Shown: piece by piece, positions 1 to 13,383 of the stretch | How the letters are laid out: every line of letters starts with the position of its first letter | Position numbering within the stretch: position 1 is the stretch's first letter | From: Scyliorhinus canicula | Lineage: Eukaryota | Direction of reading: 5' to 3' | Assembly: GCF_902713615.1 (NCBI RefSeq) | Contig: NC_052148.1 | Coordinates: 156,972,569 to 157,036,568 of the forward strand | Length of the DNA stretch: 64,000 nucleotides | Notes under the pieces: model-generated | Seen by the model: only the letters and a program-made list of their open reading frames with translations | The model's database searches: none | Told to the model about the DNA's origin: nothing | Made by a program: the position numbers and the translations under genes

Positions 1-2471
1 GAGGGGCACGATTGTGAGGTGGCAGTAGCCATGGGCACGGAGAATGCTTTCGACCGGGTGGAATGGAAGTACCTATGGGACATTTTAGGTAGGTTTGGGT
101 TCGGAAAGAGATTTGGGTCCGGCTGTTATGTCAGGCTCCGGTGGCAAATGTAAGAATCAACCGAGTCCGGTCAGAGAATTTCAGTGTCTGCAGAGGGACA
201 AGACAGGGATGTCCGCTCTCCCCATTACTGTTTGGCCTGGCCATAGAGCCCTTGGCAATGGCCCATCATCAAATGCCTGGCGCGGGACAGTGGTGGGGAG
301 GGGCGGAGGGGGGGGGGGGGGGGGGGGGGCGGGGGGGGGGGGGGGGGGGTTGGCGGAGGACAGGAGGACAGAGTCTCTCTATATGTGGACGATTTGCTGC
401 TCTATGTCACAGACCCGGTGGGTGAATGGCCGAAATTATGGAGATACTAGGAGAATTTGGGCAATTTTCAGGTTACAAGTTAAATATGGGAAAGAGCGAG
501 ATGTTCATGATCCAGGCACGGGGGCAGGAAAAGAGACTGAGGGAGTCGCCGTTCAGAGTGGTTGGGGATTCAAGTGGCTAAGGATTGGGGGCAGCTTCAT
601 AAGTTAAATCTGGGCAAAGCGGTGGATCAAATGAAAAGGGATTTTCGCAGATGGGACATGCTCCCACTGACGCTGGCGGGGAGGGTTCAGACGGTAAAGA
701 TGACGGTCCTTCCGACACTGCTCTTTTTTCAGTGTCTTCCGATTTTTATCCCAAAGGCTTTTTTCAGGAAAATAAATGCGGTGATATTGAGATTTGTGTG
801 GGCGGGTCAAACTCCGAGTAAAGAGGGCACTCCTGGAACGGGGTCGCAGGGAGTGGGCTTGGCCCTCCCGAGCTTTATTGACTATTACTGGGCGGCCAAC
901 ATATCGATGGTCAGGAAGTGGGTAGTGGGGGAGGGGTCGGTGTGGGAGCGAGTGGAAGCGGCATCCTGTAAGGGGACGGGTTTCGAGGCCTTACTGATAG
1001 CGCCCCTGCCGTTTTCGCCGGCTCAGAGCTCTACGAGCGCTGTGGTGGTGGCAGCCCTTAGGGTGTGGGGGCAATGGAGGCAGCACATGAGATTGGAGGG
1101 GGCGTCAGTGTTGTCACCCATTTGTAACAATGACCGGTTTGCCCCAGGGGGGCTGGATGGGGGCTATAGGGGATGGTGGTGGGCAGGGATTGAGAGATTT
1201 GGGGACCTATTCATTCAGGATGGTTTTCCTATCTTGGAGGCATTAGAAGAGGAGTTTGAGTTGCCAGGCGAGAACGGGTTTCGGTACCTACAGGTACGGA
1301 ATTTTGTCCGGAGGCAGATTCCTGGCTTCCCTCGCCTCCCACTAAGGGGGTTACAAGATAAGGTGATGCCAAAAACAGAAGTTGGAGAGGGGAGGATCTC
1401 GGAGATATACACGGAGCTGATGGAGTGGGAAGGGGCCCCTATCAGGGAGGTGAAGAGGAAATGGGAAGAGGAACTGGGTGGAGAGATAGAATTTGATCTG
1501 TGGGAAAAAGCCCTGAAGAGAGTCAATTCATCCTCGTCGAGTGCCAGACTTAGCCTGATCCAGTTCAAGCTGGTCCACAGGGCCCATATGACGGTAGCCC
1601 GGATGAGCAGGGTGGAGCACAGGTGTGGGGGTAGCCCGGCAAACCATGTGCATGGGCTTGTCCGAAATTGAGGGGATTCTGGCAAGAATTCGTGGACGTT
1701 ATGTCAGAGGTCCTGGAAGGAAGGGTAACTCCGAGTCCAGAATTGGCAATATTTGGGGTATCTGAGGATCCGGGGGCCAAGGGGGGAAGGGAGGCCAATG
1801 TTCTGGCCTTCTCCTACCTGGTGGTCCGGAGACAGATTTTGCTGGGATGGAGGGACTCGTAGCCCCCGAAGTTAAGAGTGTGGGTCAGTGACATGGCAGC
1901 GTTTCTCAGTCTGGGGAAAATTATGTCAGAGGTCCTGGAAGGAAGGGTAACTCCGAGTCCAGAATTGGCAATATTTGGGGTATATGAGGATCCGGGGGCC
2001 AAGGGGGGAAGGGAGGCCAATGTTCTGGCCTTCTCCTACCTGGTGGTCCGGAGACAGATTTTGCTGGGATGGAGGGGCTCGTAGCCCCCGAAGTTAGGAG
2101 TGTGGGTCAGTGACATGGCAGGGTTTCTCAGTCTGGGGAAAATTCGCTTTAATTCAAGGCTTCGCCCTGAGATGGCAGCCGTTCATAGACTACTTCAAGG
2201 ATAACTGAACGTCAGCAGTAAGAGGGGGAAGGGAAAAAGGGGAGGGGGAAGAAAACGGGAGGCAAAGCAATGTTACAATGGGACAGAGAATATAGTTTAC
2301 GGGTAGCTAGGGAATAGAGCGGGGGGGGGGGGGGGGGGTAGGGAGCACTGTTCTGTCGGTAGTTTTTTTTTTCTTTCTTTGCGTATGTCGGCCCGCACGG
2401 GTGTTTAAGAGATGTTAAAGTGTTAAACTGTAAAAATTACAAATGCCTCAATAAAATATTTTCTTAAAAAA
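1..2471 (+). mobile_element. L1-clade LINE, decayed ORF2 (RT to C-terminus) plus 3'UTR; starts upstream of the window
   Basis: Motifs AFDRVEW, RGTRQGCPLSPLLF, YVDDLLL, LPLTLAGRVQTVKM and KLVHRAH across several frames; ends AATAAA...AAAAAA at about 2450-2471. Confidence 0.92.
1699..2142 (+). repeat. 222-bp tandem duplication inside L1 ORF2
   Basis: 1699-1920 and 1921-2142 both start TTATGTCAGAGG; about 4 mismatches by eye. Confidence 0.92.
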
Positions 2472-2544
2472 GGCACCCATAGAAGAAAGAAATCTATTTG
2501 TGGCGAAGTAAGGTTTCAGTGAGCAATTAAGAGTCAACTACATT

Positions 2545-3462
2545 TTCCGTGACTTGAAGGTGAGGGACTTTGCACAGAGGCAGGTCTTGACCTTTCCGCA
2601 CTTGCCGCCCCAGGGGCTACAGGATAAGGTAGTGTCAAAAACGGGAGTGGGGAAGGGGAAGATATCGGAAATTTATAAAGAGCTTATGGAATGGGAGGGA
2701 GTACCGTTCGGGGAAGTGAAGCAAAAATGAGAGGAAGAACTGGGCAGGGATTGGAGGCGAGGTTGTGGGAGGATGCCCTGAGTAGAGTCAGTGCATCCTT
2801 GTTGTGCCAGGCTTAGCCTGATACAATTCAAGGTGATCCACAGAGCGCATATGACTGGCCTGAATGAGCAGGTTGTTTGAAGGGGTGGAGGACAGGTGTG
2901 GATAGTGAGCGGGGGAATCATGTCCATATGTTTTGGATATGTCCGAGGCTTAGGGAATTTTGGCATGGATTTGCCGATTTCATGTCAAAGGTATTGAAAG
3001 TATGGGTGGTTCCGAGTCCAGAGGTTGCGATTTTTGGTGTGCCGGAAGATCCGGATGTCCAGGGGGCGAGAGAGGCTGATGGCCTTTGCCTCCCTGGTAG
3101 CCTGGAGATTGATCTTATTGGTGTGGAGGGACCTGGAGCCCCCAAAATCGGGTGTATGGGTTAGTGACATGACCGGGTCAAGTTCGCCCTGAGGGGATTG
3201 CTGCCAGGGTTCGCCTGGGGGTGACAGCTGTTTATCGACTTCTTTGGGAAAAAATAAGCTGTCAGCAGTAAAAGGAAAGAGGGAGGCATGGGGTTGGATG
3301 AGGTGGGAAATAGTTACTGGGAAAGGGGGATTGGGGGATGTGTATGTAAGCCATGTTGGCTGGGTTTGGTTGTTGGTTGAGTGGGTGTTATTTACATTGG
3401 GCTTTTTTTTATCTTGAAAATTGCTAAAATTATGAATGCCTTAATAAAATATATTTTTTAAA
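2545..3462 (+). mobile_element. 5'-truncated L1 with 16-bp TSD
   Basis: TSD AAGAGTCAACTACATT at 2529-2544 and 3463-3478; TT/AAGA site; ORF2 C-terminal motif NHVHMFWICP; polyA signal. Confidence 0.9.
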
Positions 3463-3737
3463 AAGAGTCAACTACATTGCTGTAATCTGGAGTCACATGT
3501 AGGTAATACTAGGTAAGGACAGCAGATTTAAAGGGCAATAGTGACCCAGATGGGTTTTTATGGCAATTCTTGATAGTTGTCATGGGCATCATTACTGAGA
3601 TTAATTTTCAATTCCAGATTTTATTAATTGAATTTAAATTCCACCAGCTGCTGTGGTGGGATTTGAATTCATGTCCCCAGAACATTAGCCTGGGCCTCTG
3701 GATTACTAGTCCAGTGACATCACTAGGTCACCACCTT
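3463..3737 (-). mobile_element. tRNA-derived SINE (SacSINE1/DeuSINE-like), interrupted by the L1; continues at about 2521-2544
   Basis: Minus-strand tRNA-like head with A/B-box remnants; body resembles the shark SINE as I recall it. Confidence 0.6.
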
Positions 3738-3759
3738 CACAAATACAAACCTTTGATGG

Positions 3760-4985
3760 TGACAGGACAAATTGAGAAATTTGCTATCAAAGGCATCTGG
3801 GATCGTTGACTTTGAGGAATAGAGAACAAAAGCAAGGAACTAATGTTCAGACCTTATAAACATCTGGAATGTTGTGCCACACTTTAGGAAGGATGTTAAG
3901 AGTTTAGAGAGGGTGCGAAAGAGAAATACTAGAATGGACCAGAGATGTGAAACATCAGTGGGATTGGGGAAGCTGTTTTTTTGTCAGAACAGGGGATTGA
4001 ACAGGGCTATTCAAAATCATGAATATTAGTTATTGGTAAATAAGAAAAGGTTTTTCCAGTGGCAGAGGAGCCGGTAACCAGAGGATACAGATTTAGCGGG
4101 TGGGATTCTCCCAGCCCTGCGCCGGGCCGGAGAATCCCAGCAACCGCATCACGCCGCCCGTGCGGAGAATCGCCGCCATTGGCGCTGGCGCGTTTGGCAC
4201 GGCGCCGGTTGCAGGCCGCTCTACGTGGCTGGGCTGCCAATTCTCCGGTCCGAATGGGCCGAGTGGCCGCTCTAAAAAGGGTCGCAGCCGGTGGGAACTA
4301 TGCGCAGGGTCGGGGGGGGGGGGGGGGGGGGGCTCCGATCCTGGGGGGTTTCTGACAGGGCCTGGCCCGCGATCGGAGCCCACCGATCGGCGGGCCGGCC
4401 TCTCGCTCCCTGGGCCTATTTTCTTGCGCGGTGGCCCCTGAATTCCCGCGCCATGTTGCGTCGGGGCCAGCACGTTGATGGAGGCCATCGCGCATGCACG
4501 GGTTGGCGCCGGCACCACTGTGCATGTCCTCATTGACGGCGGTGGCACTGCGCATGCGCGGATCCCGCGGCACTCAGTTCGCACCGGGATGGGAGGCCGG
4601 AGCAGCGTGAACCACTCCAGCGCCGTGCTGGCCCCCTGGGGGGGCCAGAATCGGTGCTCCCAGTGGCCCGTTAACGCCGTCGTGAAACGCGACGGCGTTT
4701 CCGACGGCGTGGACACTCTGCCGCCGAACGGAGAAACCTACACGGGGTTTTTGGTTCCAGAAAGAAAAAAGATATGCAGCAAGTTCTTGTGAGGTCGATG
4801 GAATGTGTTGCCTGAAGGGATGGTAGAAACAGATTCAGGAGTAACTTTCAAAATGCTCAAAAGGAAAATTTTACACGGCTATGAACAGAGAAGGGGAATG
4901 GGGCTAATTGGATATCTGTACCGAAGAGTTAGCATAGATGTAATGGCCCAAACAGCCTCATTCGGTACAATATCATTCTCTGATT
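3760..4985 (+). mobile_element. CR1 LINE 3' fragment split by a MITE
   Basis: Decayed CR1 ORF2 C-terminal sequence and tail (GATGTAATGGCCCAAACAGCCTC...ATTCT). Confidence 0.65.
4098..4743. mobile_element. Harbinger-family MITE
   Basis: Left TIR GGGTGGGATTCTCC, degenerate right TIR GGAGAAACCTACAC; CpG-rich body similar to the other MITEs; TSD unclear. Confidence 0.7.
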
Positions 4986-6067
4986 GCATCATCATTTTAC
5001 AGATTGAGAATGTGGGTGTACTTCAGAATGATGTAGAATAATTGTTCGAGTTAATTATAGAAAATGAATTGGTTCAAATACCTATAATTTAAGGTAAAAT
5101 TAGCAACTATTGAGAAATTGGTGAGCTAATGATGGGTCCCCGGCATGGATTTGTTAAAGGCAAGCTGTGCTTTAAAAAAGTAATAAAATGAAATGATTGA
5201 GTAGATAAAGGAATGAATTAGCTGTAGGATATATTAATTTTAAGAAGCTGTTCATTGAGTTGCCTCACAGGAGAGTCGCTGGAAAAACTAAGACCTGTGG
5301 TGTGAGAGAAAATGTAGTGGTACAGACAGGAAACTGATTGACCAACAGGAAACAATGGACTCAGAGTGACTGTTGCTCAGATTGGAGAAGTGTTTGTGGT
5401 GGTGTATTCAAGGCATGGGTGTTGAGATGGCTTTATTCTCAGCTCATGTCATTGATTGTGACTTGAATATGAAATTCCCTGACAGGAAAAAAGTAGAGGG
5501 TTTGGCAAACAGTGTAATGAACCATAAAATACTTCAGAAAGGCACAGAAAGATTAGCAGAATGCAGGCAAGTGGGAAATTTAATTTGATGTGGAAAATGT
5601 GAATAATAATTTTTGGAAGAATAACTAAAGAACAGAGTATAAACCAAAGTGGCAGATGTATAGGGAGACTCATGTATACGGAAATATAAACGCAAGTTGA
5701 TATGCTCATAAAAAACCTTGTTCCATCAGACTATCACCGTAATACTGATTTTAGAAATATATATTTTTATTAAAGATTTTCCATTTAATAATAAATTTTA
5801 TAACCAAAACCACATTACCGACAGTGGATGTTAGACAAAACCAACATAAAAAAACCCAACTAATCTTATGCAAAGCAAATAGAGAAACAAAAAAGAAAGA
5901 AACCCCACCCTGCCACTTAAACCCCCAACTCCTCACCGCCCCCCTCCCCACCAACTGATGATGACTAATTCTTTAAAGTAGGTAATGGACGGTTGCTCTC
6001 TCTGCTAGAACCCCTCAACTGACCCCCTCATGGTGTACTTGACATTCTCCAGGTACAGGAATTCCAT

Positions 6068-6205
6068 NNNNNNNNNNNNNNNNNNNNNNNNNNNNNNNNN
6101 NNNNNNNNNNNNNNNNNNNNNNNNNNNNNNNNNNNNNNNNNNNNNNNNNNNNNNNNNNNNNNNNNNNNNNNNNNNNNNNNNNNNNNNNNNNNNNNNNNNN
6201 NNNNN
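6068..6205. other. Assembly gap (138 N)
   Basis: Run of N at the 5' junction of the young L1. Confidence 1.
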
Positions 6206-9200
6206 GGGGAGCCACCGTGCTAGCAGGAAAGCTAGCGAAGGGGGCGCGCAACAGAGCAGGGCCGCAGCGCACCCCCAACAGGGGGGAAGGCGCCAGGCAG
6301 GGGAGGGGGGGGGGATCACCCATCAAAGGTGGGAGAGCAAATGGGGACAGGAATGGGGGAGAGAGGGGCAATGGAGGGGTACACAGGGGTATCCCCGAAA
6401 GGGATAGAGCGGGGGGGGGGGGGCACTCGGGGGGCGAGAGACCAGGGAGGGGAAACGCAGGGACGAAGGGACAAAAGAGGCCAGTAAGGGAATAGGGCCA
6501 CAAAGTGCCACAGACAAGGGCTCGAAACAGGGAACTGCTGCAAGCACCCACCCAGTACGGTCTGTGGGTGAAGGGGCCCCCCGGAGTGCAGGGGACTACC
6601 CGCGTGGCGGACACAAAGTGGACGGCCATGGCGGGTGTCCCCGGGACAAGGGGGAACCCCGGAGCGCAGGGACCCGACCGCATGGGGAGAGCAGTGATAG
6701 TGGACATCCTGGACGGCCCCCTAACATAGGGAAACCCCAGAGGGCAGGGGCGCGTCCACCGGACAAATATGGTTAACCCCACAGGAGCAAGGGGGCAGAA
6801 GCCCCCCACCAGAATAGTCACCTGGAACGTAAGGGGACTTAACGGCCCAGTGAAGAGATCTAGAGTCCTCACCCACCTTAGAAACATGAGGGCCGACATA
6901 GTCTTCCTCCAAGAGACGCACTTGAGGGAGCAGGACCAACTGCGGGTAAGAAAGGGCTGGGTGGGACAAACCTATCATTCCTGTTATGGGGCAAGGGCCA
7001 GGGGGGGTGGCGATCCTGATTGGCAAGAGGACAATGTTTAGGGCGACAAAGACGGTTACGGACCCAGGGGGACGGTATGTCATGGTCAGCGGGGCCCTGG
7101 ATGGGGCGCCGGTAGTTCTAGTTAACGTGTACGCGCCCAACTGGGACGACACGAGCTTCATCCAAAAGACCATGGCAGAAATCCCGGACATAGCGACGCA
7201 CCGACTAATCATGGGGGGGGACTTCAACTGTGTACAGGACCCAACGACGGACAGATCAAACCCCAGAACGGGGAAAACCTCAAACATGGCAAGGGAACTC
7301 AGCCACTATATGGAGCAGATGGGAGCAGTAGACCCCTGGAGATTCGCCCACCCGGGGGAGAAAGAATTCTCTTTCTTCTCCCCAGTACACAACGTGTACA
7401 CCAGAATTGACTTCTTTGTGGTGGGGAAAACGGTGCTTCCAGAGATAGACAAGGTGGAATACTCCGCAATTGTGATATCAGACCACGCTCCACACTACAT
7501 GGATGTGCGGCTAGAGACGGGAAGGGCCCAGCGCCCCAAATGGAGGTTGGACGGTGCCTTACTAGCTGACAAGGCCTTCAGCGAAAGGATAGCGCAGGCC
7601 ATAGCGGAGTACACTGAGATCAACCAAAACGGGGAGGTCTCACCCTCCACGTTCTGGGAAGCGCTTAAGGCCGTACTAAGAGGGGAAATCATAGCCTACA
7701 AAGCGCAAAGAGATAGGGAGGAAAGGGTGGCTAGGCAGAAGCTGGTCGACTCCATACTGGAGGTAGACCATAAATACTCCGAGGCCCCGACTGTAGAACT
7801 CCTGGCGGAGAGAAAAGAATTACAAAGGAACTTTGACCTGCTCTCCACCAGGAAAGCAGTACACCAACTCCGCCAGGCACGCGGGGCCCTATACGAACAC
7901 GGAGACAAAGCCAGCCGCCTGTTGGCCCACCAGCTGAGAAAGCAGGCAGCCAGCAGAGAAATTGCGCAAATCAGAGATACCAGAGGCACGTTGGAAACAG
8001 AACCAGAGAAGATTAACAAAACCTTCAAGGCCTTCTACCAAGAGCTGTACACCTCAGAGCCCCCAACGGGGAAGGCTGGGATGAACCGGTTTCTTGACGG
8101 ACTGAACATACCAGTTGTGGGAGAGGGCAGAAAACGGGATCTGGAAGCACCACTAGCACTGGGAGAGATCATGGAGAGCATTAGCTCCATGCAGGCGGGG
8201 ACCGGACGGATTCCCGGCGGACTTCTACAAAAAATTTGCGACAGCGCTGGCCCCGCACATGCGGGAGATGTTCACAGACTCGCTAGCTAGGGGCACGTTG
8301 CCACCCACGTTAGCACAGGCCTCAATCTCGCTGATACCTAAGAAAGACAAAGACCCAACGGAATGTGGGTCATACAGACCCATATCTCTGCTGAATGCAG
8401 ACGCCAAAATACTGGCCAAAATCCTAGCCAAAAGGCTAGAAGACTGTGTACCTGAGGTGGTCACAGAGGACCAGACGGGCTTTGTCAAAGGTAGACAGCT
8501 GACCGCGAACATCAGGCGCCTGCTGAACGTGATAATGACCCCCTCCGGGGAGAGAACACAAGAGGTGATCGTCTCCCTGGACGCAGAAAAGGCCTTCGAC
8601 AGAGTCGAATGGATATACCTCATAGAGGTACTGGAGCGGTTCGGGCTTGGAACAGGGTTCACAGCTTGGGTAAAGCTCCTGTACAACGCTCCCATGGCGA
8701 GTGTACAGACCAACAATACCAACTCCCAATACTTCCAGCTGCACAGGGGCACCAGACAAGGATGCCCACTGTCCCCGCTGCTGTTCGCACTAGCAATCGA
8801 ACCGCTAGCAATCGCGCTCAGGGCAGCAAAAAATTGGAGGGGGATCCGAAGGGGAGGTAGAGAGCACAGAGTCTCACTCTATGCGGATGATCTGCTCCTC
8901 TATATCTCGGACCCACAAAGCAGCATGGACGGAATCATCGCGCTCCTGAAAGAGTTTGGAGCCTTCTCGGGCTACAAACTCAACATGAGCAAAAGTGAGA
9001 TCTTCCCATTACACCCGCAAGGGGGGGGGGGGGGGGGGGGGGCAGCACTAAAGGGGCTGCCGTTCAAACAAGCCCGACATAAATTCCGCTACCTGGGGAT
9101 CCAAATAGCCCATGACTGGAAAGGGATCCACAAATGGAACCTCACCAGCCTGACGGAGGAAGTTAAAAAGGACCTGCAAAGATGGAACACACTCCCGCTC

Positions 9201-10857
9201 TCCCTCGCGGGGAGAGTTCAGACGATCAAAATGAACGTACTGCCCAGGTTCCTCTTCCTGTTTAGATCCATTCCGATCTACATCCCCAAGGCCTTTTTCA
9301 AAGCGCTGGACAAACTCATCATGGCGTTCGTATGGGGGGGTAAAAATGCTAGGATCCCAAAGAAGGTCTTACAAAAAACAAAAACCAGGGGAGGGTTAGC
9401 CCTCCCGAATCTACAATTCTATCACTGGGCAGCAACAGCCGAGCGAGTAAGAGGATGGATCCAGGAGCCAGAAGCTGAGTGGGTGCGTGCGGAGGAGGCC
9501 TCCTGCATGGGAACCTCCCTCCGGGCCCTCGCCACGGCAGCACTCCCATCCCCACCCAAAAAACACTCCAGCAGCCCAGTGGTGACAGCCACCCTCCAAT
9601 CCTGGAACCAACTGCGGCAGCAACTTGGCCTGACCAAAATGTCGAACAGGGCTCCCATCTGCAACAACCATAGGTTCAAACCAGCACTGACCGACGCCAC
9701 CTTCAAAAGGTGGAGGCAGGACGGGGGGACACTGACAGTCAGGGACCTATACACGGACGACAGGATCGCAACACTGGACGAACTGACAGAGAAATTTCAG
9801 CTAGCTGGGGGGAACGAGCTACGGTACCTGCAGCTCAAAACTTCCTACGAAAGGAGACAAGGACGTACCCACAACCGCCACGACAGACACTACTGGAAGA
9901 CCTACTGACGCAAGTATCCTAGAGAAAGGGAACTGTAGTGACATGTATGACCGACTGGTAGATAGGGACGACACCGTACTGGACGCAACAAGGAGGAAAT
10001 GGGAGGACGACCTGGGGATGGAGATCGGGTGGGGACTCTGGAGCGAAGCACTGCATAGGGTCAACTCCACCTCCACGTGCGCAAGGCTCAGCCTGACGCA
10101 ACTAAAAGTGGTACATAGAGCCCACTTAACAAGAACCCGTATGAGTAGGTTCTTCCCGGAGGTGGAAGACAGATGTGAACGGTGCCAAAGAGGCCCGGCC
10201 AACCACGCCCACATGTTCTGGTCCTGCCCCAGACTCGTGGAGTACTGGACAGCCTTCTTCGAGGTAATGTCCAAAGTGGTGGGAGTGAGGGTGGAGCCAT
10301 GCCCGATAGTGGCGGTCTTCGGGGTTTCAGAACAGCCAGATCTATTCCTGGGGAGGAGGGCGGATGCCCTTGCCTTTGCCTCCCTGATCGCCCGCCGTAG
10401 AATCCTGTTTGGCTGGCGGTCAGCAGCACCGCCCAGAGCTGCGGACTGGCTGTCCGACCTCTCGGAATCTCTCCAAATGGAGAAAATCAAATTTGCCATC
10501 CGAGGGTCGGACGACGGCTTCCACAGAACGTGGGAGCCATTCATGCAACTGTTCCGGGACCTATATGTGGCCAATGTACAAGAGGAAGAATAGTCGGGGG
10601 AAGGTAGCGGGAGGGGGGGGGGGCAACAGGTTCGTTACGGGGGTTCGATGGCTAGCTAAGGCCCAAAACCAAGCTAAATAAACATGTTGAGGGGGGGGGG
10701 GGGGCGCAGTTACTACTACGAAGATGCTTACCTGTAAATATGTATGTTAATTTTTGCGTGTTTGTTTTTGTTTGTTTTTTTTTTCTCTCTCCTAACAATT
10801 TGTAATTTGTTCAATATAAAATACGAAAACTGAATAAAAACATTTATAAAAAAAAAG
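6206..10857 (+). mobile_element. Young L1-clade element; 5' end hidden in the gap
   Basis: Near-complete ORF2, 3'UTR, AATAAA and polyA; interrupts the old L1 between codons WFGNL and MEFLYL. Confidence 0.95.
6769..10593 (+). pseudogene. L1 ORF2 (APE endonuclease, RT, C-terminal cysteine motif) with about 4 frameshifts
   Basis: TWNVRGLN, FLQETH, YAPN, GGDFN, SDH; YRPISLLN, SLDAEKAFD, QGCPLSP, YADD; CERC..NHAHMFWSCP; frame breaks near 7001-7008, 8200, 9840 and 9906. Confidence 0.93.
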
Positions 10858-12438
10858 GTTACCAAACCATACTGAGGCGCTGGGCAGAGTAGATGACCTC
10901 CACCTCAGCAGAACTCGCTTCTGGGAAGTCAACGAGGTGAAAACAAGGGCCTCTTGGAGGAATTTCAGCAACGTTTGGGCTTTCGTGATTAAACTCATTC
11001 AGGTACCTCCAGATCAGGAATTTTGTGCCTTCTTAACATTTCCCGTGGCACTGCCGACGTCTCTGATGGAGAAGATCCTTTTGCTGGCGGGCCTGAGAAG
11101 GGTAGCCCGCCATTTACGGGAAGATTGTGTCGTAGGATGAGGTGAAGTGGGAGAGTGGGTTGGGATCTATAAAAGATGATGAGGTGTGGAGTAAGATCCT
11201 TCGTAGGGTAAACTCCACATTTTCATGTGTGTAGCTTGGTCTAATCCAGCTTTAGGTGGTGCATCGGGCACACCTGACCAAAGCTAAAATGAGTGGCTCC
11301 TTTCCGGAGGTAGAGGACAGGTACGGGTGGTTTTCCGGGGGGCCAAGCAACCACATATACACATGTTCTGGTTTTGTCCCAAACTGGTAAGCATTTGGAT
11401 CTTCTTCTTTAGCACCATGTCAGTGATTCTGAAGGAATAGTAAAAAAGCAAATTCGTAAATGCTAGGCCCCCGACTGTATCTTTGAAAAATTACCCTGTG
11501 GATCAGGGTTTTGCCAGCCCATAAAAAGGATGAGATCAACCTATTAACCCTCATAAAAATGATTTAGGGTAAAAACAAGAAGGCATTGGAAAAGAAACAG
11601 AAATCTTGGGAGAATATAAATTTTAATGGAGTGGGCTCGACTCGACAAGGACACGGCAAGGTTATCCCACTTTTGCAAATCGGCCTTCACCTTACCCACC
11701 AGACTTGCATTGTTCAGTTTATGGAGCTGGGCCCAATTGTAGGCCACCTGGACACCTAGATACCGGAACCTGAGCCGGCCAGGCGAAAAAGACAGCACCC
11801 CCAAGTGGCTCCCCTCCCCTGCAAATGTACCGGAAAGTATTTGCTCTTTTCCAGATTTCACTTGTATCCCGAAAATGACCCAAAGATCCTCAGTATCTCC
11901 ATTATTTCACCCATAGTGGCAACACAGGTCCGTAACGTAAAGCAGCAAATTAAAAGCATTTAGGGACACCCTGGGCAGGATTCTCATTGGCCAATGCCGA
12001 AATCAGGAAAGACGATTGGGCGGAAAATCGGTATTGATGCCAAAATCATGGGGGGGGACTGGGTTTACGGCAAATCACAATTCTTCAGTGCCCAGACAAT
12101 GCTGTCAATGTGAACTACTCCACACATACAGTAAACACCATTTGTATTTTATTAGCGGAACTGACCCAGTATTCTCCGGGGCCTCCGCGATCTACTGCCT
12201 CCACTGGGGGGAATTCCCAATGGCAAGGTTCACTTGTGCTTTTAAAAATCGGGAACAGGCACCGTGGGTGATGAGGGAGAGAAAGGAGGTAGAACAAGCA
12301 GAGGCGCGATCGTGAGCTGCCGGTTCTAACACTGGCTGGGGGAAGGGGGGGGGGGGGGGGGGGGGAGGGGGGAGGGGGGGGGGGGGGAGGAGGGTGCTGC
12401 CAGGAGGTGATGATGGGATTGGCCATGGGGCCAGGGTG

Positions 12439-12485
<47 letters not shown>

Positions 12486-13383
12486 CCGATGCCCAGCCAT
12501 GGACTGACATTGCTGCGGACAGAAAGACAGCCATCCTGCTGCGCACCCCACTGACCACCCATCATGACCTGTGGTTCTGCAGAGTGCCACCGGCCGTATT
12601 GGCGCTCCCACCCATCACCCTCACACACCAGCCCCCACTCTCTCACCACACCAGCATGGCACCCCAGCCCTCACTCGCCACCCAGCCATCCCTGCAACTC
12701 AGGGGTGCAGGGATCAGGGAGAAGGGGGAGGGTCTGAAGTGTCAGCCAGGGCCACCATGTAGCCCATTGGACCTGGTTGGACATGGAGTACGCACCATGC
12801 TAACATGTCTGCCCTTCACCCCCTGCAGCCAATGGATATCAGAATACAACCAGCAATGGTGGCTTTCCTCTTAGTTGCCGCAGCCCTGGGGGATGCACTG
12901 TGTTTGTACGAGCTGGAGCTGCTCGAGGAGGAGTACGCTGAAGCTGGAGGCAGCCGGTTAGGATGGAGAGCCGGCTGCCAAACAGGCTGAGGAGGTGCAA
13001 AGGGAGTACCACATGAGGCCTCACGTGAAACGGCGGTGCCTGTCATTTGAGGACCTGCCAGACCAGGCATCCCATCTGTGGCTGGGCCATGCCAGCCAGC
13101 GCCTGGGCAATGTGCCGATGCAGTCAGCCATGATGACTGAGCCACAGTCAGGAGCGCTACTGCAATGCCCAGGTGGCTCTGAGACATGGCTGCTTGTGAT
13201 AGAGCAGCCCAGTCCTGGGCCTTGGCCACTGCCCGCACAGAGTGTCCCAGGACGTGGACATCTTCACCACTGGCTGAAACCGTCAATCCCAATGCCTCCA
13301 CCTTGGATGCCACCCGTGCGGTGTTGGCCTGGGGAGGCATGGATGGTCAGCACCACTTCCTGCTGCTGCACATGGTTGGACTC

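Noticed and set aside
4007-4792. Overlapping GC-rich ORFs in MITEs (also 25.4, 28.7, 34.9, 45.2 and 46.1 kb)
   Set aside because: Stop-poor GC-rich non-coding repeats with no recognisable domains
6015-6899. 294-aa minus ORF spanning the gap
   Set aside because: Artefact of Ns and antisense G-rich L1 sequence
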